Origin: Flavobacteriales bacterium
Lineage (GTDB): Bacteria > Bacteroidota > Bacteroidia > NORP154
NCBI GenBank assembly: GCA_012966015.1
Contig: DTRI01000396.1
Span: forward strand, 1 to 48,153
DNA length: 48,153 nt
Direction: 5' to 3'
Position 1 is the first letter of the stretch; every line of letters begins with the position of its first letter. The position numbers and the translations under genes were made by a program. The notes under the pieces are model-generated. The model searched no databases and was not told the DNA's origin. It was given only the letters and a program-made list of their open reading frames with translations. This document shows, in pieces, positions 24,606-32,152 of this stretch.

Positions 24606-27065
24606 TTAATAGAGCGTTGGGTATTTCGAAGGGTCCGTATCATTCATGATTGAATAAACAGCGTCGAAAATATCCTCTAAATTGGGTTTGGAGAAATAGT
24701 CTCCGTCAGATCCGTAAGCGGGCCGATGATCCTGGGCCGTAAGGGTCTTGGGTGCCGTGTCTAAGTGATAAAAACCACCCTGTTCTTCCAATACCTTTTG
24801 CATCATGTAAGCACTTGCTCCCCCTGGTACGTCTTCGTCAATGAACACAACGCGGTTGGTTTTCTTTAGAGACTCAACAATGGAGCTATGAATATCAAAA
24901 GGTAGCAAGGTCTGCACGTCAATCACTTCTATTGATATTTCAACTTCTGCAAGCTGTTTGGCAGCCTGTTCTACCATTCGCACCATGGAGCCGTAGGTAA
25001 CCACCGTAACATCCGTTCCTTCACGCAATATCTGAGGCACTCCCAACGGAATTTTGAATTCACCGAGATTGGTAGGCATTTGCTCTTTCAATCTGTAGCC
25101 ATTCAGGGATTCAATGACCAATCCCGGCTCGTCAGATGCCAACAAGGTGTTGTAAAATCCCGCTGCCTGTGTCATATTTCGGGGAACGCATACGTAAATT
25201 CCCCTGATGGAATTGATAATCATTCCCATGGGCGAGCCAGAATGCCAAATACCTTCAAGTCGGTGCCCCCGGGTTCTTATAATTACAGGAGCCTTTTGTC
25301 CACCTTTGGTTCTGTATTGAACAGTGGCGAGGTCGTCACTCAAAATCTGCAGGGCATATAGCAGATAATCGAGATACTGGATCTCAGCAATAGGTCTCAA
25401 TCCTCTCAAGGCCAATCCGATGGCCTGGCCGATAATGGTTGTTTCACGGATGCCTGTATCAAATACTCTGAGGCTGCCGTACTTTTCCTGCAAGCCCTCC
25501 AATCCCTGGTTCACCCCGCCAATCTGTCCTGCATCTTCTCCAAATATGAGCACTTCCGGACGATTGCTTAGAATGCTATCAAAATTTTCCCTGAGCACCA
25601 GGCGGCCGTCTTCCATTTTAGCTTTGTCGTTGTACGCTGGCGCCAGCTCCTTAATGTTCATGGCAGAATCATTAGAGTTGCTGTAGAGAAAAGTATTAAA
25701 CCGATCGTAGTTTGCCACCGTCGATTGCTGGATCCAATCTGCCAGCAGCTGCGATTCGGAGATGCTCTCATGCCTCGCAACCCTCAATATTTTCTTGGCT
25801 GAGGTTAAGGTATCCTTTCTATCCGGAGATGGATTGGCTGCGAGCTCCCTGACAATTTTATCAACTAAAGCGCGATTGGCAGATTTCTCTGCAATGGAAT
25901 TCATAAGGGGCATGACTTCAGCTACTTCTTCTTTGATGGGCTCCAGGAAGGCATTCCATGCCAGCTTTTGACTTTTCTTTACGGTGTCAACAGCTTGTTC
26001 TTCAATATCAGCAAGCTCTTTTTCCGAGGCAATTGCAGCCTTTAGTATCCAGCTCCTCATTTTTGCAATGCAGTCGAAGTCATCTTCCCATTGCAGCCTC
26101 TCTTTGGATTTATACCGCTCATGTGAGCCTGAGGTAGAATGTCCCTGCGGTTGTGTCATCTCATCCACGTGAACAAGGACCGGGATATGCATCTCTCTGG
26201 AAATTTTTGCGGCTTTTTCGTAGGTGTCGCACAGTTCTGCATAGTCCCATCCCATCACTTTGAACATCTCATAACCACTTGAATCAGCGTTCCGCTGAAA
26301 CCCTTTTAACACTTCGGAGATGTCTTCCTTGGTAGTCTGAAGTTTCTTTGCTACCGATATGCCGTGGCCGTCATCCCACACAGATAGAAGCATAGGCACC
26401 TGTAGCACGCCTGCTGCATTGAAAGTCTCGAAGAACATTCCCTCAGAGGTGCTTGCATCTCCAATGGTTCCAAAGGCTATCTCATTACCTTCTTTAGAAA
26501 ATCCTTTGTGGCCTGCAAGCTCTTTGTTGTTTCTGTAAAACTTTGAAGCGTAGGCTAACCCCAATAATCTAGGCATTTGGCTACCGGTTGGCGAGAGGTC
26601 AGACGAAGAATTTTTAGATGCTGTTAGGTCTTTCCAGCTTCCGTCTTCATTGAGCAATCTGGTTCCGCCATGGGCATTCATCTGCCTACCCCCTGATGCA
26701 GGATCCGCTGTTGTATCCGGATGCGCATACAGCTGAGCAAAAAACTCCTGAATCGTCAGCAAGCCAGTGGCCAGCATAAAAGTTTGGTCGCGATAGTATC
26801 CCGACCGGAAATCTCCGATCCTGAATTGCTTGGCCATGGCAATCTGTGCTACTTCTTTACCGTCGCCAAAAATTCCAAACTTCGCTTTGCCTGATAGAAC
26901 TTCCTTTCGGCCCAAGAGGCTGGCCTGTCTGCTTTCGTTCGCAATCCTGAAATCGTTGAGGATTTTTACCTTGAATTGGTTAAATGTAATTTCCCCGTTG
27001 CTCGATATTTTTTCTGCTTTGTGTTCCATTGAAGTCTGCCGATACAGGTTTTGGAACCCGCTCAT
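24606..27065 (-). CDS. Fused alpha/beta E1 component of a 2-oxoacid (branched-chain/pyruvate type) dehydrogenase
   Basis: 819-aa ORF. The N-terminal half has a TPP-binding region (IGDASTSEGMFFETFNAAG...VWDDGHGISV). The C-terminal half is a transketolase-like pyrimidine-binding plus C-terminal domain (FDTGIRETTIIG, VIIRTRGHRLEG). An alternative ATG is at 27029. Confidence 0.8.
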   Translation of the reverse strand: MSGFQNLYRQTSMEHKAEKISSNGEITFNQFKVKILNDFRIANESRQASLLGRKEVLSGKAKFGIFGDGKEVAQIAMAKQFRIGDFRSGYYRDQTFMLATGLLTIQEFFAQLYAHPDTTADPASGGRQMNAHGGTRLLNEDGSWKDLTASKNSSSDLSPTGSQMPRLLGLAYASKFYRNNKELAGHKGFSKEGNEIAFGTIGDASTSEGMFFETFNAAGVLQVPMLLSVWDDGHGISVAKKLQTTKEDISEVLKGFQRNADSSGYEMFKVMGWDYAELCDTYEKAAKISREMHIPVLVHVDEMTQPQGHSTSGSHERYKSKERLQWEDDFDCIAKMRSWILKAAIASEKELADIEEQAVDTVKKSQKLAWNAFLEPIKEEVAEVMPLMNSIAEKSANRALVDKIVRELAANPSPDRKDTLTSAKKILRVARHESISESQLLADWIQQSTVANYDRFNTFLYSNSNDSAMNIKELAPAYNDKAKMEDGRLVLRENFDSILSNRPEVLIFGEDAGQIGGVNQGLEGLQEKYGSLRVFDTGIRETTIIGQAIGLALRGLRPIAEIQYLDYLLYALQILSDDLATVQYRTKGGQKAPVIIRTRGHRLEGIWHSGSPMGMIINSIRGIYVCVPRNMTQAAGFYNTLLASDEPGLVIESLNGYRLKEQMPTNLGEFKIPLGVPQILREGTDVTVVTYGSMVRMVEQAAKQLAEVEISIEVIDVQTLLPFDIHSSIVESLKKTNRVVFIDEDVPGGASAYMMQKVLEEQGGFYHLDTAPKTLTAQDHRPAYGSDGDYFSKPNLEDIFDAVYSIMNDTDPSKYPTLY

Positions 27066-27148
27066 TTCGGCAGTGCGAATATAGCGATTATGGTCGATTT
27101 ATATTGGGTGAAAGTGCCAGCCTTTAATAATGCTGTAACTCCTTTGTT

Positions 27149-27217
27149 GTAATGCTGAGCATAGCAAAGAATCATTTGCTGTCAATAAACTAGATTCTTC
27201 GCTTCACTCAGAATTAC
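27149..27217. repeat. REP-like inverted pair (two 25-nt arms, 19-nt spacer)
   Basis: The left arm is GTAATGCTGAGCATAGCAAAGAATC (27149-27173) and the right arm is GATTCTTCGCTTCACTCAGAATTAC (27193-27217). The arms are complementary at 20 of 25 positions. The right arm ends 12 nt from the pspC-domain gene stop codon (27230-27232). Confidence 0.75.
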
Positions 27218-27229
27218 AATATAATATCT

Positions 27230-28858
27230 TTAGAGACCCTCCTCATCACAACCAACACAGGTCAATCCATTTTGTAGCATTGTCCACGTTTTTCCGACCA
27301 TTGCTCCGTCATCGGTACCTGTTACATTGTCAATGTCATCGATGATTCTCCGCATGGAGTGATCCAGATAAACACTTCCGCTATCAGGAACCTTGATCAG
27401 GATTCGCACTTGCTGCGCCCTCCATTTGGTATCATCGGGCAGATTGAAGTACGGATCAAATTGTATCAGTGAGTCCTTTTGTGTAAATGTATAGTTGATA
27501 TTCTCCGCTCTCTTTATTGCGACTTTCCGGGTTGCACCTCTCGACTTGTATATGAGCTGAATTTCAAAGCTGTCTGTTTTACTGCGTACAACATCGAGCT
27601 TTGTCTTTCCCAGGGCAATGCGCTCATCCCCTTCATAAAAGCTTATCCAGTTATCGGCCACAATGTCGATATCATACTCGTCTTCATGGTACTCTTCGCC
27701 TATCACTTCCAGTACCAACACGTTGTTCGTTGGATTGGCCAGCGCGATGCTGGTTTTGTTTACGCCTTTCTTCGAGAAATCTTCACCAATCTGCATGACT
27801 ACATATCCTACCAGAATGCATCCGGCAATCCACAAAGCCATGGCAATGGCGCCCAGACCACGCAACCTGTTTTTGATCCCAAGCAGCAATTTAATACCGT
27901 TGTATACAATCGCTATTAACGGTATTCCAATCAGAAGCAATAGACCTCCGGCGGCCCAGTTGAATTGCTCAGGGGACACAAAGAAGATGTCAATAATATT
28001 CATGCTTATCGAACTTCCAATACCCATGCCGGTGATATTGAAAATAGCAGCAGAGCCCAAAAGTGAGCTGAACAGCATGATAAGAAGAACGATGCCGATA
28101 GCGATGAAAATGACGCCTATGAACTTGACGATGGCCCTGACTATAATGGTTAACAAACTGATGACAAAGTCTATTATCCTGTCGAGAAGGCCTTTAGCCC
28201 TGGCTATGGGTTTTTTTTTTCCGCTGGAAGCCCCTTCGGTGAAGTCGTTGAACTTCTTTTTAAGGTTATCCAATTCTTCCTTTATAGACTTTTCAATATT
28301 GGATACGTTGACCCTTTCACCTTTCATCTCCAGTTTTTCTGCTGTGGTATGTGCTTTGGGGATTACCAGCCACAAGAGCACGTATAAGAGAAATCCTGAT
28401 CCAAAGAAGAAGAAGGATACGGCGAATACAATTCTGAGCCATATGGGATCGAAATTAAAGTAGGCAGCTATTCCCCCGCAAACACCTCCGAGCACATTGT
28501 TGTCAGGATCGCGAAACACCCTCTTTCTTGTGTAGCCGTAATCGTCAGCAGAGCGCTCATCTTCTGTCGTTGCATCCGGAGGCGGAGTGCTATCTGCATC
28601 GACATAATCTTCTGGTTTTCCCATTACCGAGATAACCTGATCTACGTCCTCTGTGGAGATCACCTCCTTGCCTTTGCCAATTTTCTCCTGTAGCATTTCC
28701 GCAATCCTGGCTTCTATATCGGCCATGATTTCATCCTTGCTTTCAGAATCACCGAAGTAGCCCTTTATCTTATTGAGGTAGGCGTTTAGCTTGTCGTGGG
28801 CATCTTCATCAATGTGGAAGATAATACCGCTTAGGTTTATTGTTACAGTCTTTTTCAT
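27230..28858 (-). CDS. PspC domain-containing membrane protein (envelope stress family)
   Basis: 542-aa ORF. The PspC domain is RDPDNNVLGGVCGGIAAYFNFDPIWLRIVFAV, followed by several TM helices and a C-terminal soluble region. It lies downstream of a PadR regulator, a common pairing. Confidence 0.85.
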   Translation of the reverse strand: MKKTVTINLSGIIFHIDEDAHDKLNAYLNKIKGYFGDSESKDEIMADIEARIAEMLQEKIGKGKEVISTEDVDQVISVMGKPEDYVDADSTPPPDATTEDERSADDYGYTRKRVFRDPDNNVLGGVCGGIAAYFNFDPIWLRIVFAVSFFFFGSGFLLYVLLWLVIPKAHTTAEKLEMKGERVNVSNIEKSIKEELDNLKKKFNDFTEGASSGKKKPIARAKGLLDRIIDFVISLLTIIVRAIVKFIGVIFIAIGIVLLIMLFSSLLGSAAIFNITGMGIGSSISMNIIDIFFVSPEQFNWAAGGLLLLIGIPLIAIVYNGIKLLLGIKNRLRGLGAIAMALWIAGCILVGYVVMQIGEDFSKKGVNKTSIALANPTNNVLVLEVIGEEYHEDEYDIDIVADNWISFYEGDERIALGKTKLDVVRSKTDSFEIQLIYKSRGATRKVAIKRAENINYTFTQKDSLIQFDPYFNLPDDTKWRAQQVRILIKVPDSGSVYLDHSMRRIIDDIDNVTGTDDGAMVGKTWTMLQNGLTCVGCDEEGL

Positions 28859-28897
28859 TTTGCGTTATTTGATTTTTATTAAATCGGTGGTATAGAA

Positions 28898-28916
28898 CCT
28901 GCCTACCGCAGGCAGG
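28898..28916. other. GC-rich hairpin in the padR-pspC spacer
   Basis: CCTGCCT-ACCGC-AGGCAGG is a perfect 7-bp stem with a 5-nt loop and no convincing U-tract on the transcribed (minus) strand. Confidence 0.5.
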
Positions 28917-28984
28917 CTCGCCAAAACTCATTTTCAAATGGGAAAATATGATTTGGAATGGCTCGTTTCATTTTTTGTGGTTAT

Positions 28985-29317
28985 TTATTTATACTTTTTT
29001 CTGGTTGAGTTTACTGCCTTCTGCAGCTCGGTCCAAGTAACATCCAATTCTTTCAAAAATTTGGAGCCCAGCTCTGTCAGCTTATAATATTTTCTTGGAG
29101 GGCCTGATTTTGATTCCTCCCATCTATAGCTTAGCAAGCCCGTATTCTTTAATCTCGTGAGCAGGGGGTAGAGCGTACCTTCCACTACGATCAGCTTTGC
29201 CTCTTTCAGTTTCCCAATAATATCCGAGGGATAAGCTTCCCCGTCTGACAGCGTTGAGAGTATACAGTATTCCAAAACTCCTTTGCGCATTTGGGCTTTA
29301 GTGTTTTCTATATTCAT
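28985..29317 (-). CDS. PadR-family transcriptional regulator
   Basis: 110-aa winged-helix protein. The family blocks are GVLEYCILSTLSDGEAYPSDII...EGTLYPLLTRLKNTGLLSYRWEES...PRKYYKLTELG. Confidence 0.9.
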   Translation of the reverse strand: MNIENTKAQMRKGVLEYCILSTLSDGEAYPSDIIGKLKEAKLIVVEGTLYPLLTRLKNTGLLSYRWEESKSGPPRKYYKLTELGSKFLKELDVTWTELQKAVNSTRKKYK

Positions 29318-29396
29318 GTGCTTAATCCTTTATTTTTTCGTCGTGTCGTCTTTGTAATTGAAGTCAGAACTATGCGATAACTAGTTAATGCTTATA

Positions 29397-29404
29397 CAAA
29401 GATA
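29397..29404 (-). promoter_or_regulatory. Candidate padR promoter -7 box embedded in a palindrome
   Basis: The minus strand reads TATCTTTG, with a TTG (29426-29428) exactly 21 nt upstream. The box sits inside the inverted repeat ATACA-N6-TGTAT (29394-29409), about 80 nt upstream of the padR ATG. Confidence 0.4.
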
Positions 29405-29547
29405 TGTATTTAAAACAGTACTATGCAATAAAAGGTACTATATTTTTTGAATACCCCTTAAGTAGCTGAATATCAAGCTGATTAATTTTTAAAATAAATT
29501 ATAATAAAGAAATAAAAAGGGGTAATGTTGAGTCTTTTGGCCTGTAA

Positions 29548-30048
29548 TTAAGGTAGGTTCGTCAAATTTTTGATCAGGTCTTTGGTTCTTTTATCGACGA
29601 TTCCATTGACAGGGCGAATAAAATAGTAGCCGTAATTTACCGTGTTTTCTTTAATTGATAGATCAATCTCTCGTATGGATACTATAGACAGCTTGCGCTT
29701 GCCCTGTGCGTTCTGGTCTATTATAAGATATTTGTCATTTTCCAATACCTTATAGATAAAGGCAACGTGGGGGCCGATCCCTTCCAGCTGGAGATAATAT
29801 ACCATGTCGGTAGACTCATAGAATCCATATGTTAAGAATACATCTCCTGGTATGGGAATACCCACAGTATCTTTAGCATAGATAGTAGCCTCTTCTTCTT
29901 CCAGTACTCTGCTTACCAATACCCTGCAGCTACCGTTTCCCATTTTGGAATTCTGTTTGCCGAGCAGGTTGGTTACAATCTGTTCGTTAAGGGATTGAGC
30001 GGAGATTAATGTGGGTAGAAGTAAGAATATTATGAGATTACCTTTCAT
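29548..30048 (-). CDS. Small secreted hypothetical protein (possible Cys/His papain-like or CHAP-like fold)
   Basis: The ATG at 30048 gives MKGNLIIFLLLPTLISAQS as a signal peptide; the ORF track's TTG at 30072 adds 8 aa. It has an ordered Cys (GNGSCRVLVSRV), a GDVF block and a His (GPHVAFIYKV), reminiscent of NlpC/P60-CHAP enzymes. This is weak evidence. Confidence 0.55.
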   Translation of the reverse strand: MKGNLIIFLLLPTLISAQSLNEQIVTNLLGKQNSKMGNGSCRVLVSRVLEEEEATIYAKDTVGIPIPGDVFLTYGFYESTDMVYYLQLEGIGPHVAFIYKVLENDKYLIIDQNAQGKRKLSIVSIREIDLSIKENTVNYGYYFIRPVNGIVDKRTKDLIKNLTNLP

Positions 30049-30155
30049 AGAGCTTCTTTGAAATGCCTTCAAAATGATTCCCGTAAAAGTATAGTATTGT
30101 ATAGAGAGCGAACCGCAGGGCTAAGTTATAGAAAATATGTCGTTTTTGAAGGTGG

Positions 30156-31496
30156 TTAAAGCTCGGAAACCCGCCAATTGCCCCATTTCAAATAGCCGAA
30201 AGAAAGGCTGCCAATAACGATGAGGTAGATCAATTCGCAATACCATACCTGGTGAATTTCCCATTCAAATTGTATGGCGAATAAATACGTGCAGATCAAA
30301 TAAGTACTCAAGGTGAGCATCTCAATGATGAGTGCCTTGTTGGTTTTACCCGCTCCGGCTACCGCCCCAAATGTGATCATGGAGATGGGCATGATTACCA
30401 ATGCCAGGGCTATAACATACAGGGTAGGGATGGTCTGTGAAATGAGTTCCGCATTGTTGGTAAACACAGAAATTATGGCTTCGGGAAATAGCAAAGTAAT
30501 GGGTACAAATGGTATTGTCATGCTAAATCCCATGATTACAATCTTCCTCACCAGCGGTAATACTTCTTCTATCATTCCTTTACCCATCGTGTTGCTAACT
30601 AAGGTGTGGGTTGCGCTAAAGAGTCCTATTCCCGGTATCATGAATATGAGGTATATCGCTCGGATGATGTTGGAGGTGGCCAGCGACCTTACACCCATCT
30701 GCTCTATAACAAGGTAAAAGAGAAACCACCCACCCATAGACATGAAATTCTGAATCATGACTGGCACGCCAATCTTAAATATTACCCTGAACTGTTCTCT
30801 ATCTGGCTGATGAGGTTGTAAAAGCTGGAATTTGGCTAGCAGTGAGCTGCCCGAGCCCTTCCGTTTCAAATTAATATGTATCAGAAAATATATGGTAACC
30901 ACGGCTTCCGAGATTACGGAGGCCAGCGCTGCCCCTGCGATTCCCATTTCGGGGAAGCCCCATTCACCAAAAATTAAAGCGTAGTCAAGAACAATATTCG
31001 TGATAGCCATGGCCGCAGTGCTCCAAATGAGGACCTTGGTATTACCGATTCCTACATAGAAAGCCCGAAAGGCAACATTAATAAAGGCAAAGAATATCCC
31101 AAAGGAACGGTAGTCCATGTACTCGAGAATACCATTATAGATCTCAGGGGAACTGATTGGCCCGTCTAATATAATAGAGGTTCCAAACTTGAGCAGGCAA
31201 AATATGAACAGTGCAAAAGCACCGAGGAAATAGATGCTGTGGTCGAATACTCTTCCGATATTGCTCAGGTCTCCCTCACCCATTCTGCGTGCAATAATTA
31301 TTTGGGCCCCTGTGCTGAAACCCATGCCGAGCATAAATACCGCTATGTAGTACATACCCGCAATAGGTGCTGCTGCCTGTGCGACTTCGCCCACTCTTCC
31401 CAAAAATGCCGTATCTACCATATACACGATGTTCTGTGCCATCATTCCTATGATTATGGGGTAGGTTATGTTCCAGATGTTCTTGTAGGAGTTCAT
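30156..31496 (-). CDS. MATE-family efflux transporter
   Basis: 446-aa ORF with about 12 TM helices. The N-terminus IWNITYPIIIGMMAQNIVYMVDTAFLGRVGEVAQAA is typical of MATE/NorM-type proteins. Confidence 0.85.
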   Translation of the reverse strand: MNSYKNIWNITYPIIIGMMAQNIVYMVDTAFLGRVGEVAQAAAPIAGMYYIAVFMLGMGFSTGAQIIIARRMGEGDLSNIGRVFDHSIYFLGAFALFIFCLLKFGTSIILDGPISSPEIYNGILEYMDYRSFGIFFAFINVAFRAFYVGIGNTKVLIWSTAAMAITNIVLDYALIFGEWGFPEMGIAGAALASVISEAVVTIYFLIHINLKRKGSGSSLLAKFQLLQPHQPDREQFRVIFKIGVPVMIQNFMSMGGWFLFYLVIEQMGVRSLATSNIIRAIYLIFMIPGIGLFSATHTLVSNTMGKGMIEEVLPLVRKIVIMGFSMTIPFVPITLLFPEAIISVFTNNAELISQTIPTLYVIALALVIMPISMITFGAVAGAGKTNKALIIEMLTLSTYLICTYLFAIQFEWEIHQVWYCELIYLIVIGSLSFGYLKWGNWRVSEL

Positions 31497-31510
31497 TCTA
31501 ATCTGTCAAT

Positions 31511-31544
31511 TCATAGTCATAGTCATGTCATAGCCATCGTCATG
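31511..31544. repeat. Degenerate hexamer array (TCATAG TCATAG TCATG TCATAG CCATCG TCATG)
   Basis: Read directly in the 71-nt spacer between the mpg stop and the MATE start. A related array occurs at 36473-36556. Confidence 0.6.
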
Positions 31545-31567
31545 TTCCTTTCCCGCCAAAATGCTAA

Positions 31568-32152
31568 TTAAAACGCTGGTTTCCATAAAAACCGATAGGG
31601 TAGATGCGCGTCTGCGCCGGCGTAGTCAACGCCTATTCTCGGTCCGGCGAAGATAGCTTTCTCTTCAACCGCGATCTGAGAATCCTCAATCCAAATTTTC
31701 TCTCCAGCTAAATCCAATCCGGAATGGCTGGTTTTTATTCCCAGTGCCTGGCTCAAGGTGCCGGGTCCGGCACTCAGTGTTTTATCTGCCAGCTTTTTGT
31801 TTCGTCTTGTGAGCATCGCTGATATTCCGGTACTTGGCCGAATGGCCCTGATTAAAACCGCATGTGGAATATCTTTGTAATTACAGACTACATTAAATAG
31901 ATGGTGAATTCCGTAGCACAGATATACATAAGCTGTTCCACCCTCGGCGAACATCACTTCTGTTCTGTTCGTTCTCCTGTTGCTAAAAGCGTGACTCGCC
32001 CGATCATCCGTCCCTGCATATGCCTCTGTTTCGGTAATGATACCCGAGGCAACTACTCCGCCCATGTTCGTGCAGAGCTCTTTCCCCAACAGATCGCGGC
32101 TTATTTGAACAACATCATCGCGCAAATAAAATTCCCTGCTCAGCTTACCCAT
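31568..32152 (-). CDS. mpg: DNA-3-methyladenine (alkylpurine) glycosylase, Mpg/AAG family
   Basis: 194-aa ORF. Family blocks are ITETEAYAGTDDRASHAF, GTAYVYLCYGIHHLFNVV and AGPGTLSQALGI. Confidence 0.85.
   Translation of the reverse strand: MGKLSREFYLRDDVVQISRDLLGKELCTNMGGVVASGIITETEAYAGTDDRASHAFSNRRTNRTEVMFAEGGTAYVYLCYGIHHLFNVVCNYKDIPHAVLIRAIRPSTGISAMLTRRNKKLADKTLSAGPGTLSQALGIKTSHSGLDLAGEKIWIEDSQIAVEEKAIFAGPRIGVDYAGADAHLPYRFLWKPAF

Noticed and set aside
27663-28463. A 266-aa ORF on the plus strand, and the overlapping 146-aa ORF 27479..27919.
   Set aside because: Both lie entirely antisense to the well-supported PspC-domain gene. The composition (Ser/Pro/Met/Ile-rich, no motifs) is typical of a shadow ORF.
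31533-31543. The exact 11-nt match GCCATCGTCAT between 31533-31543 and 36529-36539 as evidence of a shared mobile element.
   Set aside because: Exact 11-mers shared between two sites are expected by chance many times in a 48-kb window. Only the surrounding hexamer periodicity is noteworthy, so the match alone is not used as evidence.
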